Shown in pieces: positions 53,460 through 64,000 of a stretch of 64,000 nucleotides of DNA. How positions within the stretch are numbered: the first letter of the stretch is position 1; each line of letters begins with the position of its first letter. Source of the DNA: a virus (lineage: Duplodnaviria; Caudoviricetes); IMG/VR virus record IMGVR_UViG_3300005544_000020, positions 128,001 to 192,000 of that record, one strand, 5' to 3'. The notes beneath the pieces are model-generated. The model ran no database searches. It was given only the letters and a program-made list of their open reading frames with translations, and was not told the DNA's origin. The position numbers and the translations under genes are program-made.

Positions 53460-56400
53460 TTAGTCGGGCCCGACGCTTGAGAAGAGAGGGTCGATCCGGA
53501 TCTCGAAGCGCCGGCGCGCGACCTCGAGATCATTGAAAGGCCCAAAGATGGCATCAGTCTCCATGCAGGCGACGTAGTTCTCTTCCATCCCACCAGGGCC
53601 TTGCAGCCAACCCCAGAAAGGACCGTAGTCCGACTGCTTCAGGATCCGGACTTCGAAGCCGGTCTTGGGGTCGATCATGTCTTCTCCTTTTCGGCCCAAT
53701 GATCCGTCCCCGGCTTCAGATTCCGATCCGTCTTGCATTCGTTGGCGCCATGCTCTCCACAGCAGCCCCATTCGCCGCACTGATCGGGCCAGACCATCTG
53801 CTGGAGCTTGAACTCGGCGCTCTCCAAGGCCTTCCTGGCCGCGTGGTGAAGACCGGGATTCGTGTCGAGTTCATGCAGGATCAGGTAGAACAGATTCCGA
53901 GCCTCGCTCGTCGTGAGCGGGCCGTCCTTGGAGCTTTCCGGAACGTACTTCTCCATGACGTGCCCCTGCTTCAAGCACCAAAGGCATCCTTGCCTTTCAA
54001 GGCTCTCGACCTTCTCCTCGGCATGGAAGTCGTTTGAATAGACTCCCATCCTCACTCCGTCCTCGTAGATGGCGCCGCCAGGGCAGAAGACGATGTGCAG
54101 GGGCTTGAAGTCGTTCATAGGATGTTCTCCAGGATCTCTCGGACCCCCTTCGCCTGGTCCTTCAGGATCTTGTTCTGTTCCTTGGTCGAAAGCCCGTTCC
54201 AGAATTGCGCAAATTTCGTGTGCTTGAGCAGCTTCTCCATGACCCGGTCGATGAGGCGCTTTACATTGTCTTCGATCCGGTGCCGGATCATGACCAGCTT
54301 GAGGTCGGCCCTCCCCGCGGTCTTCTTGTAAAACTGCCTGGCCGCTTTCTCGCTCGTGAAGAATTTCTTGAGCTCGTACTCGACTTCCCAGACCTGGCCC
54401 TTCATGCTTGCCTCACGATTTCCATGGCGACGTCGAGCGTCGACTTACGGAGCCGGTCGACGAAATCGTCGCCGACCATCCTCTTCTTCAGATCCGCGAG
54501 CTTCCTGATGATGTCCATCTTCTGCTCATGGAGCTGCTGCTGCCAGCAGGCCCGGTCATGATCGCCCTGCTCCATCCCGCAGGTTGTGCAACGAGTCGCG
54601 TTCATCACAGCTTCTTCCCCGTCAACAGATAGACCATGTTGGCCTTCTTGCGGTCCGTATCGAAGCCGCCGTTCAGGATGGATCCCAACATCATCCTGTC
54701 CCGAAGAGCTTCGCCCTTCATCATGAGATCGGTGACCGTGGCCGCTTGCTGCCGGGCCTCATCGCGTTCCTGGAGCGCCTGGTAAAGTGCGTTCTCCAGG
54801 TCGGCGCAACGGTCGCATTTGTGGATCATGGCTCTTCTCCTCAGCGATTCGGATTCTTGGCTTCGGTCGACTTCTTGAGCGCATCCCAGCATCGAGAGAG
54901 GATCACGCCGGCCTCGGTGCCCATGAGGGCGTCCCACTTCTCTCGCTCGAAGTCGCGGACGTAGCGGAGAGCTCCGAGAGCCTGGATCGCCGCGGCCTCC
55001 ACGGAAGGAGTTGGATCATCCTTCGCGAAGACCTCTCCCACGATCTTGGGAGACGGCATCGGGACCGCCGCCGCTTTGCTGGACGGAGGATCGAACGGAT
55101 GCATCTCCATGAGATCGCTCAGGCAGCGAAGGGTATCTCCTTCTGGATGATGTCCCATCTTCAGGAAGTCTGCCTTGTTGTTCCGGACAGCCCGGAAGAG
55201 TTGCTCGAGGGTCATCACCCATCGGCAGTTCTTGCTATGGGTGGATTCGAGCCCGCAGAATGGGCACGGCTGCTGGGTCGTTGTCCAGGCCTTCACTTGG
55301 TTGCCTCCCTATTCCAGTCCTTCTTGTATTCGCCCATCTGGTCGAAGAGTTCCTTGGCCTCTTCCTCTGAAATCTTCATAGTCATTTCGCCCGAACCCTG
55401 ACCAACCCTGATGAGGAAGATGCGCGGCTCGCCAGGCGCCTGACCGGACGTCCAGAGGAACTTGATGTCGCGTTTCATCGCATCACATCGTGTTGAACAC
55501 GATCTCCATCGCCTGTTCCTTCGTGAGCCCGATCGACTGGTTCTGCTCGTCGGCGAATTTCTTGGCGTCGTCCCAGGTCTTGAAGTCGAAGCCGCCCACG
55601 CGGATCGGCGTGTAGCCGCGGATCCCGTAGTCCGCGCGGCCGATGATGAAGCCTTCCGGCACCACGATGGCGGTGAAGGCATGCTTCCCGATCAGTTCTT
55701 TCTTCAGCAGTCCAGTCTTCATCGTTTTCCTCGGCATTTCAGGCTATCTGGGCGGCGCACGACGGGTGCGCCAATGCAGATGGCCTTGTCATGCGGCACC
55801 TCGCGGTACCGGCCGGGCTGCATCCTTCCCAGCCTCGTCTACTTCTACCAGCCGAATTCCCGGCCGGTCCTGTTGATCATGGCCTGCACTTCAGGCGGAT
55901 TCTTGTTGTACTTGTAGCCGCAGGCCGGCCCGAGGCACATTCCCATCGTACGGCCGCCATTGTGGAGCATCCGATGGAAGCCAAGCGCACACCGGAGCGG
56001 CTGCTGCGAGCCGGACGCCCGGAGCTTGTGCCGGAAGATAGCCACCCCCACAACGGCCAGCATGATCACGATTCCAACCGTCATACCGATCATGAATTCC
56101 ATGGTGCTCTCCTTCAGTGGATCCGGACCTTGACCCGATTCCCGGTCCTGGTGTCCACCAGGATGAAGTACTTCAGATCTTCCGTGGGATGGTTCGGGAA
56201 CATCACGTAGTGATCCTTCCCGAGCTGCTGGCCCATGTGGTAGAGATCGTGGTTGAAAGGGTTGCCGGGGCCGGTGGGCGCCATCGGCTCCAGATGGCAG
56301 ATCAGGTTTTCCGTGTCGGTCATGGTTCCTCTCTTTCTAGTCGCAATCCGGCTCGCCCATGCACGGAGGGCACATGGGCTTGTCGGAACTCTTGGGCTTG

Positions 56401-57465
56401 CCGCAGTCGCAATGGAACGGGTCGCGATCATCTTCCGGGTCCATCAAATCCTCCGCCATGAAAAAGAACCGGGGGAGCTGCTCACTTAAGCGCGGCCCCG
56501 ATAGCAGCCATGCCGTACCGCGCGCCCGATTCGTTTCTTCAACTGCTCTGTTCGGTCTCCTTGGATTCCTTGGGTTGCGCCGCTTCCCATCCGGAGAGGA
56601 AGGCGTCCCTGATCCAGTCGCGCACGATCCCCTGGTTGAACTCCCTCGTGTTGCGCTGAACGCCGGGTAGATGCTCCTGCGCGTACTGGTTTGCCTGGGC
56701 TCTGACGTTCCGGGGGATGCTCACGCCTTCACCAATCCCCGATTGGGCTGCTCGGCCCTGGCGATCGCCCGCTGGAGGATCCCCATGGCCTTGTCGACCC
56801 AGCTCTTGCCCGGGGCGCTCTTCGTCTTGTGGGCTTCGAGCCAATCGGCCAGCCGGAAGACCGGGAACTGGCGAAGCTGCCAGTCATGCATCCCGGCCTC
56901 GAGCATGGTCTCGACGTGGGTGTGGATCCAGGGCTCCTGGATCTCCTTGCCCTTGGCCTCGAGCCAGCAGTCGAAGTGCGCCCAGTGCCGGGCCGCGTAC
57001 TTGAACATGTTCTGGCGCTTGTGGTCCTGTTTGCAGAAGCGGCACGTGTGCATGTTACCCTCTCGAAATCATCTGGTCCGCGGTCGTCACCTTCTCCCAG
57101 CCGATGGGGACGCAGACGTAGGCATCGTTCCCCATCACGAGGACGTCGCCGATATGCGTCGAACGGAACCGGTTGCGGTCGGCCATCTTCACCTCGACCT
57201 CGCGATTGAGAGGCCAAGAGTGATTGATGTTCTGGGTCAGCCGGTAGGCCTCGTCCAGAGCGCGCAGATCGATGCTCTTCGTCTCGACGGAGGCGACGAG
57301 CTCGTGATTCTCGGGGAAGTTGATCGGCGTCATGCCGTCGCCGATCTCGGACAGCAGGCTCCGTTCACTCAGGGACCGCGCGTCCTTGACGTGGTACACC
57401 AGGATCTTGGTCATCGCGTCTCCTTCCTTTGACTGGGTTGAGTATAGACTCCAGTGTATACTCAT
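53460..57465 (-). other. Cluster of about 14 short hypothetical ORFs (early-gene-like region)
   Basis: Abutting short minus-strand ORFs with GGAG RBS downstream of the 57441-57470 promoter. Confidence 0.6.
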
Positions 57466-57470
57466 GTCAA
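57441..57470 (-). promoter_or_regulatory. Class I promoter TTGACA-N18-TATACT
   Basis: Spacer TGAGTATACACTGGAGTC. Confidence 0.75.
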
Positions 57471-57512
57471 GCGTTGAAAACGGATTTCTGAAAAATAAAT
57501 TCCGGGTGGGAG

Positions 57513-57672
57513 CGTGAGCCTTATGCTACGGCGTGGGCTTGAGAGGAAGTACCTGAGTTACTCACGCCGGCGAAGGCGCCGGCGGTTGTGACGAGTCCTC
57601 AAGACACTCTTTCAAGAACAGTGGAAATGCAATCCATCGTTGATGACCGCACGCCGTAGCATAAGGCTCACG
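57513..57672. ncRNA. Intergenic structured element closed by a perfect 23-bp inverted repeat
   Basis: 57513-57535 is the exact reverse complement of 57650-57672; internal hairpins; no ORF. Confidence 0.55.
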
Positions 57673-57765
57673 ATGACTTCTCTTCCTGCATCGGAACAGG
57701 GCAAAACACGACTTCTTCTCAACTTCACGCGATTGAACCCAGTTTACCGGATCTAGGAAGGCTGA

Positions 57766-58209
57766 TCAAGGAGTCCTGATGGTGGGATGACCAGGATGGG
57801 TATCGGTCCAGTGCGCATGATCCTGCGTTAGTTCGGCCTTCTGATAGTCGGAGAGATTCGGGGCGCCGCATTCCACAAATCCCGACTGGACCGCCTTCCG
57901 GAAGTTTTCTCTAACCTCGCGCAACTCGGTTCTGACGCTGGTCATGGCTTCGCGAGTCGGAGTTCCTTTCAGCAGTTTGGAGATCTTCTGGACTCCCTCG
58001 CCGATCCTTTTCACTTCTTCGGGAGACGTCTTCAGATTCTTCTTGAGCGCCCCAAGACTATCTTTGATTTCGCCGAGCGCGCCGCGGCTCTTGAATAGAT
58101 CGATGTCCTCGGTGATATCCACCTCGATATGGAGCTCGTTGAGCGCCTGGCCGATCCGGCCGATGGCGATTCCCTTCCTGAGACAGCTCACCTTCATGTT
58201 CACCATCAT
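57766..58209 (-). CDS. Helical hypothetical protein
   Basis: ATGA overlap; coiled-coil pattern. Confidence 0.55.
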   Translation of the reverse strand: MMVNMKVSCLRKGIAIGRIGQALNELHIEVDITEDIDLFKSRGALGEIKDSLGALKKNLKTSPEEVKRIGEGVQKISKLLKGTPTREAMTSVRTELREVRENFRKAVQSGFVECGAPNLSDYQKAELTQDHAHWTDTHPGHPTIRTP

Positions 58210-58757
58210 GCCACCAGGAAAGTAGCTCCGACGATCGCAAGAACGCCCAGGACCATGGGCAGCACGGGAGAGCTTTCTTCGGTCTTCTCTTCAACGAAGG
58301 CTGGAAGCTCCATTGGAACGTCCTTCGGCGGCCGCGGCGTCGACGCGCGCTTGATTCTCTTCATTTCCAGAAGAGCTTGGCCTTCACCTTCCTCCGGCCG
58401 ACGCTTGCCGCAGGTCTTGACCACGACCTGGGCGACGGACTTGAGCTCCGATCTGGCCGCCGCTAAGTTTTCTGCCGCCTTCTCCTTGTTGAAGCCGAAG
58501 CCGCTTTCGACTTCCTTGTATTCCTGCAGTTTCGCAAGAATGATCTTCAGTTGGGGACGGACGGTTGTCTGAAGTTTCTCGAGCTGCCGGGCGGCATCGT
58601 AAGCGGCTTCTGCGCCTGGACGCACAGCGTAGGCGGGAGACCATTTCTTTTCGTTTCCAAGGCCTCGCTCAAAGGATGCAAGGCCCGCCGCCATCCGACC
58701 TAAGAGGATGCCGCTCGCCATACAGCGGGCAGGCGTGTAGACATCCTTCTTAGCCAT
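58206..58757 (-). CDS. Tail-anchored helical protein
   Basis: C-terminal VLPMVLGVLAIVGATFLVA. Confidence 0.55.
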   Translation of the reverse strand: MAKKDVYTPARCMASGILLGRMAAGLASFERGLGNEKKWSPAYAVRPGAEAAYDAARQLEKLQTTVRPQLKIILAKLQEYKEVESGFGFNKEKAAENLAAARSELKSVAQVVVKTCGKRRPEEGEGQALLEMKRIKRASTPRPPKDVPMELPAFVEEKTEESSPVLPMVLGVLAIVGATFLVA

Positions 58758-59221
58758 CAGGCAGCCGGAACGGCCTCGTAACCAGGGACCTTGCCCTTCA
58801 CGGCCTGGATCGCCTTCACCATGGCCATGAAACGCTCAGGGTCGAACTCCATGGACTGGAGCGCAACCGCCGTCGGGAGATCGAAGAGGATCGTGCCGCG
58901 CTCCGTTAGGAAGGCCCGGTTCTCTCCGTCCTCGTAGATCATCTCGGCGCCTTGCCGGAGGCGGTCCAGGCGGATCTTCTTGGCCTCGTCCGCGATGAAC
59001 TCGATGGTGTCGGCGTCCGCCAGATGTTCAGGATGCTCGTTGTAGTAGAGCGTCCAGCAGTCCCCGCACCAATAGCGCCCCTGATAGGGGCCAGCCTGGA
59101 ATGGATCGCCGGCTGGGATGCCCGACTGAGGCACCTTCACCGGCGCCTCGCAGATGCCGCACCCGCGTTTTGCAGCGTTGATTTTGATCAGCGGAGTCTT
59201 GGGATCATCCAAAGGAAGCAT
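58757..59221 (-). CDS. Zn-finger hypothetical protein
   Basis: CGIC...WCGDC. Confidence 0.55.
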   Translation of the reverse strand: MLPLDDPKTPLIKINAAKRGCGICEAPVKVPQSGIPAGDPFQAGPYQGRYWCGDCWTLYYNEHPEHLADADTIEFIADEAKKIRLDRLRQGAEMIYEDGENRAFLTERGTILFDLPTAVALQSMEFDPERFMAMVKAIQAVKGKVPGYEAVPAA

Positions 59222-59856
59222 CAGAGGCCTTCACGCAGGAAGTACTTGGTTTCTTGCTCATGTTCGGTATCGCTCGGACAGGAACGACGCCGGCGCTGGA
59301 TCTCGATGAAGACGTCTGCGGCCGCCCGGGCATCGACGATCGCCCGATGGGAAGTTTCCGACTTGAGTCCGAAGAAGGCGATGGCTTCAGAAAGCTTGGG
59401 ATATTTAGGGGAACCGTTATAGCGTGTTTCCAGGGCTCCCTCGGCTTCCATGATCTCCATGGCCATCAGCATGATGCAATCACCCCAGCGATTGATCGGG
59501 GTGTTCCAGGGATCCTGTCTCAGGAATTGGCTGTCAAAAATGTTGTTGAAAGAGTGAAGCGTCGCTCCCCGGTGCCTCTCCACAAGCGCCTGGAAGCCCT
59601 CTGCCGCCTCCTGCGACCTCGGGGCGTCCTTGAGGTCCTCCGCGGTCAGTTTATTCACTGCCATGGCCTCTGGATGCGCTTTAGCCAGGGCCTCCCTGCC
59701 GGGATTGACGAGGGTGCCCCAACGCTCGATCTCAACGAGGTCTTGATCTAAGACGATGGCAGCTACCTCCACGATCTTGGAATTATAGGGATTGCGCCCT
59801 GTCGTTTCAACGTCTGGAATAATGAATTTTAGCACGCTGGTCCCCGCTCTACCCAT
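59221..59856 (-). CDS. DEDDh 3'-5' exonuclease (DnaQ-like)
   Basis: DVETTG, FNNIFDSQFL, HRAIVDA. Confidence 0.88.
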   Translation of the reverse strand: MGRAGTSVLKFIIPDVETTGRNPYNSKIVEVAAIVLDQDLVEIERWGTLVNPGREALAKAHPEAMAVNKLTAEDLKDAPRSQEAAEGFQALVERHRGATLHSFNNIFDSQFLRQDPWNTPINRWGDCIMLMAMEIMEAEGALETRYNGSPKYPKLSEAIAFFGLKSETSHRAIVDARAAADVFIEIQRRRRSCPSDTEHEQETKYFLREGL

Positions 59857-60022
59857 TGTAACCCATATATTTCGGATTGACTAAGGAATCTTCGGCGTTA
59901 TACTTATAGTGCGATCGGGAGGCAGAACTCGGCGCCCTTGCGGGGTACCGAATTCTGTTTCCCCCTCTCTCCAGGGCCAGGCCGTCGAGAAGTAAAACTC
60001 GGTGGCCTGGCTCCTTTTATTT

Positions 60023-60817
60023 CTAGACCGCTAGAGCCTGCGGAAACTCCTGAACCTGTAGATCCAGAGGCCATTCCGTCGAGTCCTTCCCTGCTATGTC
60101 CTTGCAATGCATCTCACGCGCCAAGACCGTGCCTTTCTGCTTGAAGTGGAAGGAAGCACCGGTCTCGCGACACTGTTTGAGGATGTCCCGGGCCCAGCCC
60201 GCATCCATCCGGCGCGCACCATGACCGCTTTCGCCGCCGACGACGGCCCAGCGCAGTCGATCAGGAGCCAGCCAGCGGCGGAGATCCAGAGGCCCCATGA
60301 GCGGCTCAGCCGAAAGCCAGTGGCAGACGGCTGGCACCTCGAGCAGCTCCGGGATCCGCTCATCGGCCCAGACCTGATTCGCCGCCGTCACACCGAGCCA
60401 GACGTTCGGCCGCGGATTCTTGATCCATTCCGGCGGCAGCATGGTCTTGTAGTTCTTATGCCGTTTCGTGAGCAGGAGCCAGATCAGATTCTCCGTCTGC
60501 TCGATCAGAGGCCATAGCCGGGCCCGGCCTCCGTCGAGATCCCGGCGGTCTTCCAGGATGTCCGACATCGAAGCACAGAAGACGTAGGCTTTCGTGCCTG
60601 CCTTCGCCGCCGCCCGGTTCCAGCGCAGCGGATCATTCCAGTAATGATCGCCGTTCATCTTGCGGGGAGCCTTCTCACCCCACAGCTCATGCCCGAGCCG
60701 CTTGCTGAAGTCCCTCGCATAGCAATGGGAACAGGCGGGATCCTCCGGGACTTCATCGCACCCCCACCAAGGAGAGAAGGTATGATCGGTCCACGAAATC
60801 TTGCTGTCCTTACCCAT
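60023..60817 (-). CDS. DUF5131 (phage Gp37/Gp68) family protein
   Basis: SKISWTDHTFSPWWGC...CSHCYA, FCASMSD, LLTKR, SAEPL, VGGESG. Confidence 0.92.
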   Translation of the reverse strand: MGKDSKISWTDHTFSPWWGCDEVPEDPACSHCYARDFSKRLGHELWGEKAPRKMNGDHYWNDPLRWNRAAAKAGTKAYVFCASMSDILEDRRDLDGGRARLWPLIEQTENLIWLLLTKRHKNYKTMLPPEWIKNPRPNVWLGVTAANQVWADERIPELLEVPAVCHWLSAEPLMGPLDLRRWLAPDRLRWAVVGGESGHGARRMDAGWARDILKQCRETGASFHFKQKGTVLAREMHCKDIAGKDSTEWPLDLQVQEFPQALAV

Positions 60818-61055
60818 GGCTACTCTTCCTCATCGTCATCTTCGGGGAATGGATCGTCCACGATCAGCGTGCTTGAGGCCCGGTTTACCTGTAGAAGATA
60901 CCCGCCCTTCTTCAGATAGGCAACGAGCTGATCGCATTCCTCTTTGGAATGGACTTTCGCAGTCACCTGATCGAGGCACTTGTCATGTGGCGAATTCTTC
61001 CGAGCCTCGATGACGTACATCAGATGGCTCTTGGTCTCGTCGGGCTTATATTCGC

Positions 61056-62867
61056 TCATGCAAGTACCGGGCTCGCAAGGATCGTCCAGGCCGACAGCTT
61101 CACATGCTGCTTCCACTCGTTGGTACCGTACTCGATCATCTCCGAGGTATGGAGGCGGCTGAGATCGTTCAGGAACGTCCCGCTGACGGTCTTCTGCAGC
61201 TTCTCCGCGAGCTCCTCTCGACCGATCCACTTCGGGAATACCGTCCGGCAGGCCTTGAGGATCGCCTGCTGCGGCCCGGTGACGGCGCTCAGGACCTGAC
61301 TGAAGACGCCGTCCGGCGTCACCTGCCACTGAACCTTGGGAGCGTTTCTCAGCCCATCGTTCGTGAGGATGACGGCCTTCTCATTCGAGGGCGTCGTGTA
61401 GTACTCGACCAGATGCAACGTCTTCAGCCGCGAGAGGTCGTTCAGGAAGCTGCCCGTCACCTTCTTCCCCAGCCATCCGGCAAGCTGTGGCCGCGAGACA
61501 TGATCAATGTCGATCGCGTTGAACTCTCGGAGAGCCCGCAGCATTGCGATCTGAGGTCTGGAAAGAGGCTCTCCATCAGATTGAAGTTCCCCTTCCGGCT
61601 GATCATCATCAGAAGCGTCCGGCGCCGGCATCCGTGCGATCCGTCCTTCATCCGCGATCACGGGGGTGCGGCGGGCATTTTCCTGAGCTTCGACTGCATC
61701 ATTCAAATCCTTGCTCAGCTTCCCGCACCAGTTGTCGATCTCTGCCTTCATCTCGAGAAGCTTGTCGAACCTGCCGGCAGCCCGTTCGATGTTCCAGACG
61801 ACCTGGTGGACCGCCTTGATGGTCTTCGCGTCGACGGCGGGGATCTCTACGACCTTTTCTACCGCCTTCTCGACGGTCACGGTCACCGTCTTCTCGGTCA
61901 GCTTCCGCTCCGCGACGGTCAGGCGGCCCTTCAGATTCGCGATCTCCTGCCGGAGCTCCTCCTCGGTCCGAGCCTTGTTCTCGGCATGAACCGGGATATC
62001 GGCAAGTTGAGGAAGCAGGTGCTTGATGGACTCCGGCGTCGGCGGGATCATCGCCGCGGCCGGCGTCCCGGGCTCCGGATGGGTCGTCAAGACCGGTCCT
62101 ACGTGCAGCAGCTTTCGGTCGGTGGCGACAGCCTGGCCGAAGGCCCAGAAATGGCCGGGCTTCATTTGCTTGAGACCAAGTTCGAACTCCGCGCGGTCGG
62201 CCCGGCGCACGGACATGAGATCCACGGCCCGGTCGACGTCCAGGTCCTCGATCGTCCGGCCGATGAACCGGTTGAGGAGCTCGGCGCTCGCGTTCTTCGA
62301 CAGTTTCCCCAGGCGCTGAGTGGCGTAGACGGCACAGAAGCCGCGCTTCCGGCCGTCCGTAGCCAGGTCGATCATCGAGCTGTAGGCTTCGCTTTCGCCC
62401 ATGCCGCGCTCGGGGCAGAGACGATGAGCTTCGTCCACCATGACCACGACGGGGTGCCAGAGCGTCTTCGGCGCGTTCATCAGCGCATCGAGGAAGTTCT
62501 TGGCCCAGGTATGGCGATCAGGCTCCTTCAGATCGTACAGATCGAAGATGGCGGAGGCCCCATTCTCGAGGAGCGTATAGCACAGCATCTCGGCCGTCCG
62601 CGGATCGGTGGGTGTTTCGCCATTCTTGCCGGCCTGGACGTATCCGAAGCGTTCGCGGAGGGTCCCGAATTCGCCTTCGCGGTCGATGATGAAGGTCTGG
62701 ACCTTGTCGAAGAGCTGTTCCGCTAGGCGCCGGAGGGTTCGGCTCTTGCCGCCGCCGGAGGAAGCTTGAACGAGGCAGCGGGTAGTGAGGAAGGTCTTGA
62801 GGTCGATTTCGACGGGAGCGCTATCGGTCCCGTTCCCGATGATGATATTTCCAAGAGCCTTGCCCAA
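61056..62867 (-). CDS. HerA/DUF87-like P-loop ATPase with C-terminal winged-helix repeats
   Basis: ASSGGGKS, IDREGEF, MVDEAH, GRKRG, ATQR; duplicated TGSFLNDLSRL / SGTFLNDLSRL. Confidence 0.88.
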   Translation of the reverse strand: MGKALGNIIIGNGTDSAPVEIDLKTFLTTRCLVQASSGGGKSRTLRRLAEQLFDKVQTFIIDREGEFGTLRERFGYVQAGKNGETPTDPRTAEMLCYTLLENGASAIFDLYDLKEPDRHTWAKNFLDALMNAPKTLWHPVVVMVDEAHRLCPERGMGESEAYSSMIDLATDGRKRGFCAVYATQRLGKLSKNASAELLNRFIGRTIEDLDVDRAVDLMSVRRADRAEFELGLKQMKPGHFWAFGQAVATDRKLLHVGPVLTTHPEPGTPAAAMIPPTPESIKHLLPQLADIPVHAENKARTEEELRQEIANLKGRLTVAERKLTEKTVTVTVEKAVEKVVEIPAVDAKTIKAVHQVVWNIERAAGRFDKLLEMKAEIDNWCGKLSKDLNDAVEAQENARRTPVIADEGRIARMPAPDASDDDQPEGELQSDGEPLSRPQIAMLRALREFNAIDIDHVSRPQLAGWLGKKVTGSFLNDLSRLKTLHLVEYYTTPSNEKAVILTNDGLRNAPKVQWQVTPDGVFSQVLSAVTGPQQAILKACRTVFPKWIGREELAEKLQKTVSGTFLNDLSRLHTSEMIEYGTNEWKQHVKLSAWTILASPVLA

Positions 62868-62885
62868 TAATCCTCCTCAACTAAC

Positions 62886-63329
62886 TCAGCCGGTCACGAG
62901 ACTGTCCATGGACCAGAAGTTTCTCAGGCCATAGCAGGTATAGCGGGCCGTCGCACGCCGCTGCTTCCCGGAGATTTCCGCGATCTGGAATACATAGCCG
63001 AAACCATGCTTGGGGAAGTTCTCCCGATCTGGACCGTCTACTCGTACTAGACCGAGACCGCATTCCTGTGCCCAGGTTTGGGCATCCTTCCTGAGAGTAT
63101 CAAGATCAACCGGAGGGATTTCTTCAGGAACCCGATGAATGATGGTATCCACAACGGCTGCAGCGGCAGCAATCACCGGTTTCTCCTTCCTCTTCCTGGG
63201 TTTCCTGGGCTTCTTATCCGGCGCGATGCAATTTTGACAGCGAAGCTGTGAAGAATCAACAGCATCCCGAATGAGCGTCCCCTTCTCGACTTCCAGTCCG
63301 CATCCTTCGCATTTTTCGACTTCAGCCAC
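62886..63329 (-). CDS. Zn-finger hypothetical protein
   Basis: CEGC...CQNC. Confidence 0.55.
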   Translation of the reverse strand: MAEVEKCEGCGLEVEKGTLIRDAVDSSQLRCQNCIAPDKKPRKPRKRKEKPVIAAAAAVVDTIIHRVPEEIPPVDLDTLRKDAQTWAQECGLGLVRVDGPDRENFPKHGFGYVFQIAEISGKQRRATARYTCYGLRNFWSMDSLVTG

Positions 63330-63331
63330 GG

Positions 63332-63643
63332 CTATCCTTCGATCACATAGAGCATCGGAGGGCCTTGGAGTCCCAGCTTCAAACTGGCGGCGAGCTCCTT
63401 GAGAGCCTGCTGCTCCTGGGCATCCGGGATCTGGATGCCGGCGTATTCCTGGCCGTTTCGGATATCAACCGTTCCCAGATGTCGTCCGACGAAGGAGGTC
63501 TTGCCGTTCATCGTCATCGTGAGCGTGATGCCGGCATTCAGGGCATCCTCGCCCTTCTCCATCATCATGCTGTTCCGGATCTCGTCGGAGACCTGCCAGC
63601 CGTGAACCAGGTACAGATTCTTCGGGATCGGCATCATAGGCAC
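63332..63643 (-). CDS. Hypothetical protein
   Basis: Packed ORF. Confidence 0.45.
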   Translation of the reverse strand: MPMMPIPKNLYLVHGWQVSDEIRNSMMMEKGEDALNAGITLTMTMNGKTSFVGRHLGTVDIRNGQEYAGIQIPDAQEQQALKELAASLKLGLQGPPMLYVIEG

Positions 63644-64000
63644 ACGTATTCCTGATCTGGATCTCCACCTGGCCGGCGACGGCCTGATTTAGGTTCGCGC
63701 ATCCAGCCCTTAGGCTCTTTTTCCTTCGTAGGATCCCACCGATAGAGTTCGCGCACGGCGACCTCAGGATCGTCGTATCACCAGCCTTGGTCGTAGGTCA
63801 TGAGATCGCCCGGCCCCAGGCAGAGCCGCGCCCGGCCGAACGTCAGGGGCACGACCGCGAGAGCCCGACCATCAGGCAGCATCCGTACCGCCAGGAATTC
63901 GTCGCTCATAGAAGCTGTCCCTGGGCTACTTCGAAGTGCTTTGGCCTGCTCCAGCAGCCGCATTCGGAACCATGGCTCTGCAGGCAGGCCTCGAACTCCT

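Noticed and set aside
57540-57650. Hammerhead ribozyme (TGACGAG...GAAA)
   Set aside because: The core reads GTGACGAG rather than CTGANGA, and stems do not flank GAAA correctly
387-63655. Long plus-strand ORFs in the ORF track (e.g. 9870-11591, 13943-15454, 61104-62726)
   Set aside because: Antisense shadows of GC3-rich minus-strand genes; no motifs or RBS
291-63963. Genome-wide TAG recoding (genetic code 15)
   Set aside because: Many genes end in TAG with the next RBS or start immediately adjacent, and long conserved genes are not broken by TAG

Overview
This 64 kb, GC-rich window is densely packed with genes, and every credible gene lies on the minus strand with frequent ATGA/GTGA overlaps and sigma70-type promoters. 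It looks like a segment of a large bacteriophage or phage-like giant element; no capsid, terminase or portal gene was recognised here, so the identity is inferred. Recognisable cargo: a PolX-like core, glycosyltransferases plus RmlC, three DNA methyltransferases, a Mom-like GNAT, a PAPS-reductase-family protein, a SNF2 helicase, HD and MazG-like hydrolases, a vWA/kinase/PP2C (TerY-P-like) triad, nicotinamidase + NAPRTase + SLOG, a GHKL ATPase, DUF932, a DEDDh exonuclease, DUF5131 and a HerA-like ATPase. The most unusual locus is 41.6-45.6 kb. A leaderless transcript encodes a Pth2-like peptidyl-tRNA hydrolase interrupted by an in-frame TAG at codon 5. It is followed by four CCA-ended tRNA-like cloverleaves of two alternating types whose anticodon loops are replaced by GNRA-capped hairpins. 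About 3 kb away is a canonical amber-suppressor (CUA) tRNA, although TAG is otherwise a normal stop codon here. All family assignments come from motif recognition by eye, not database searches.
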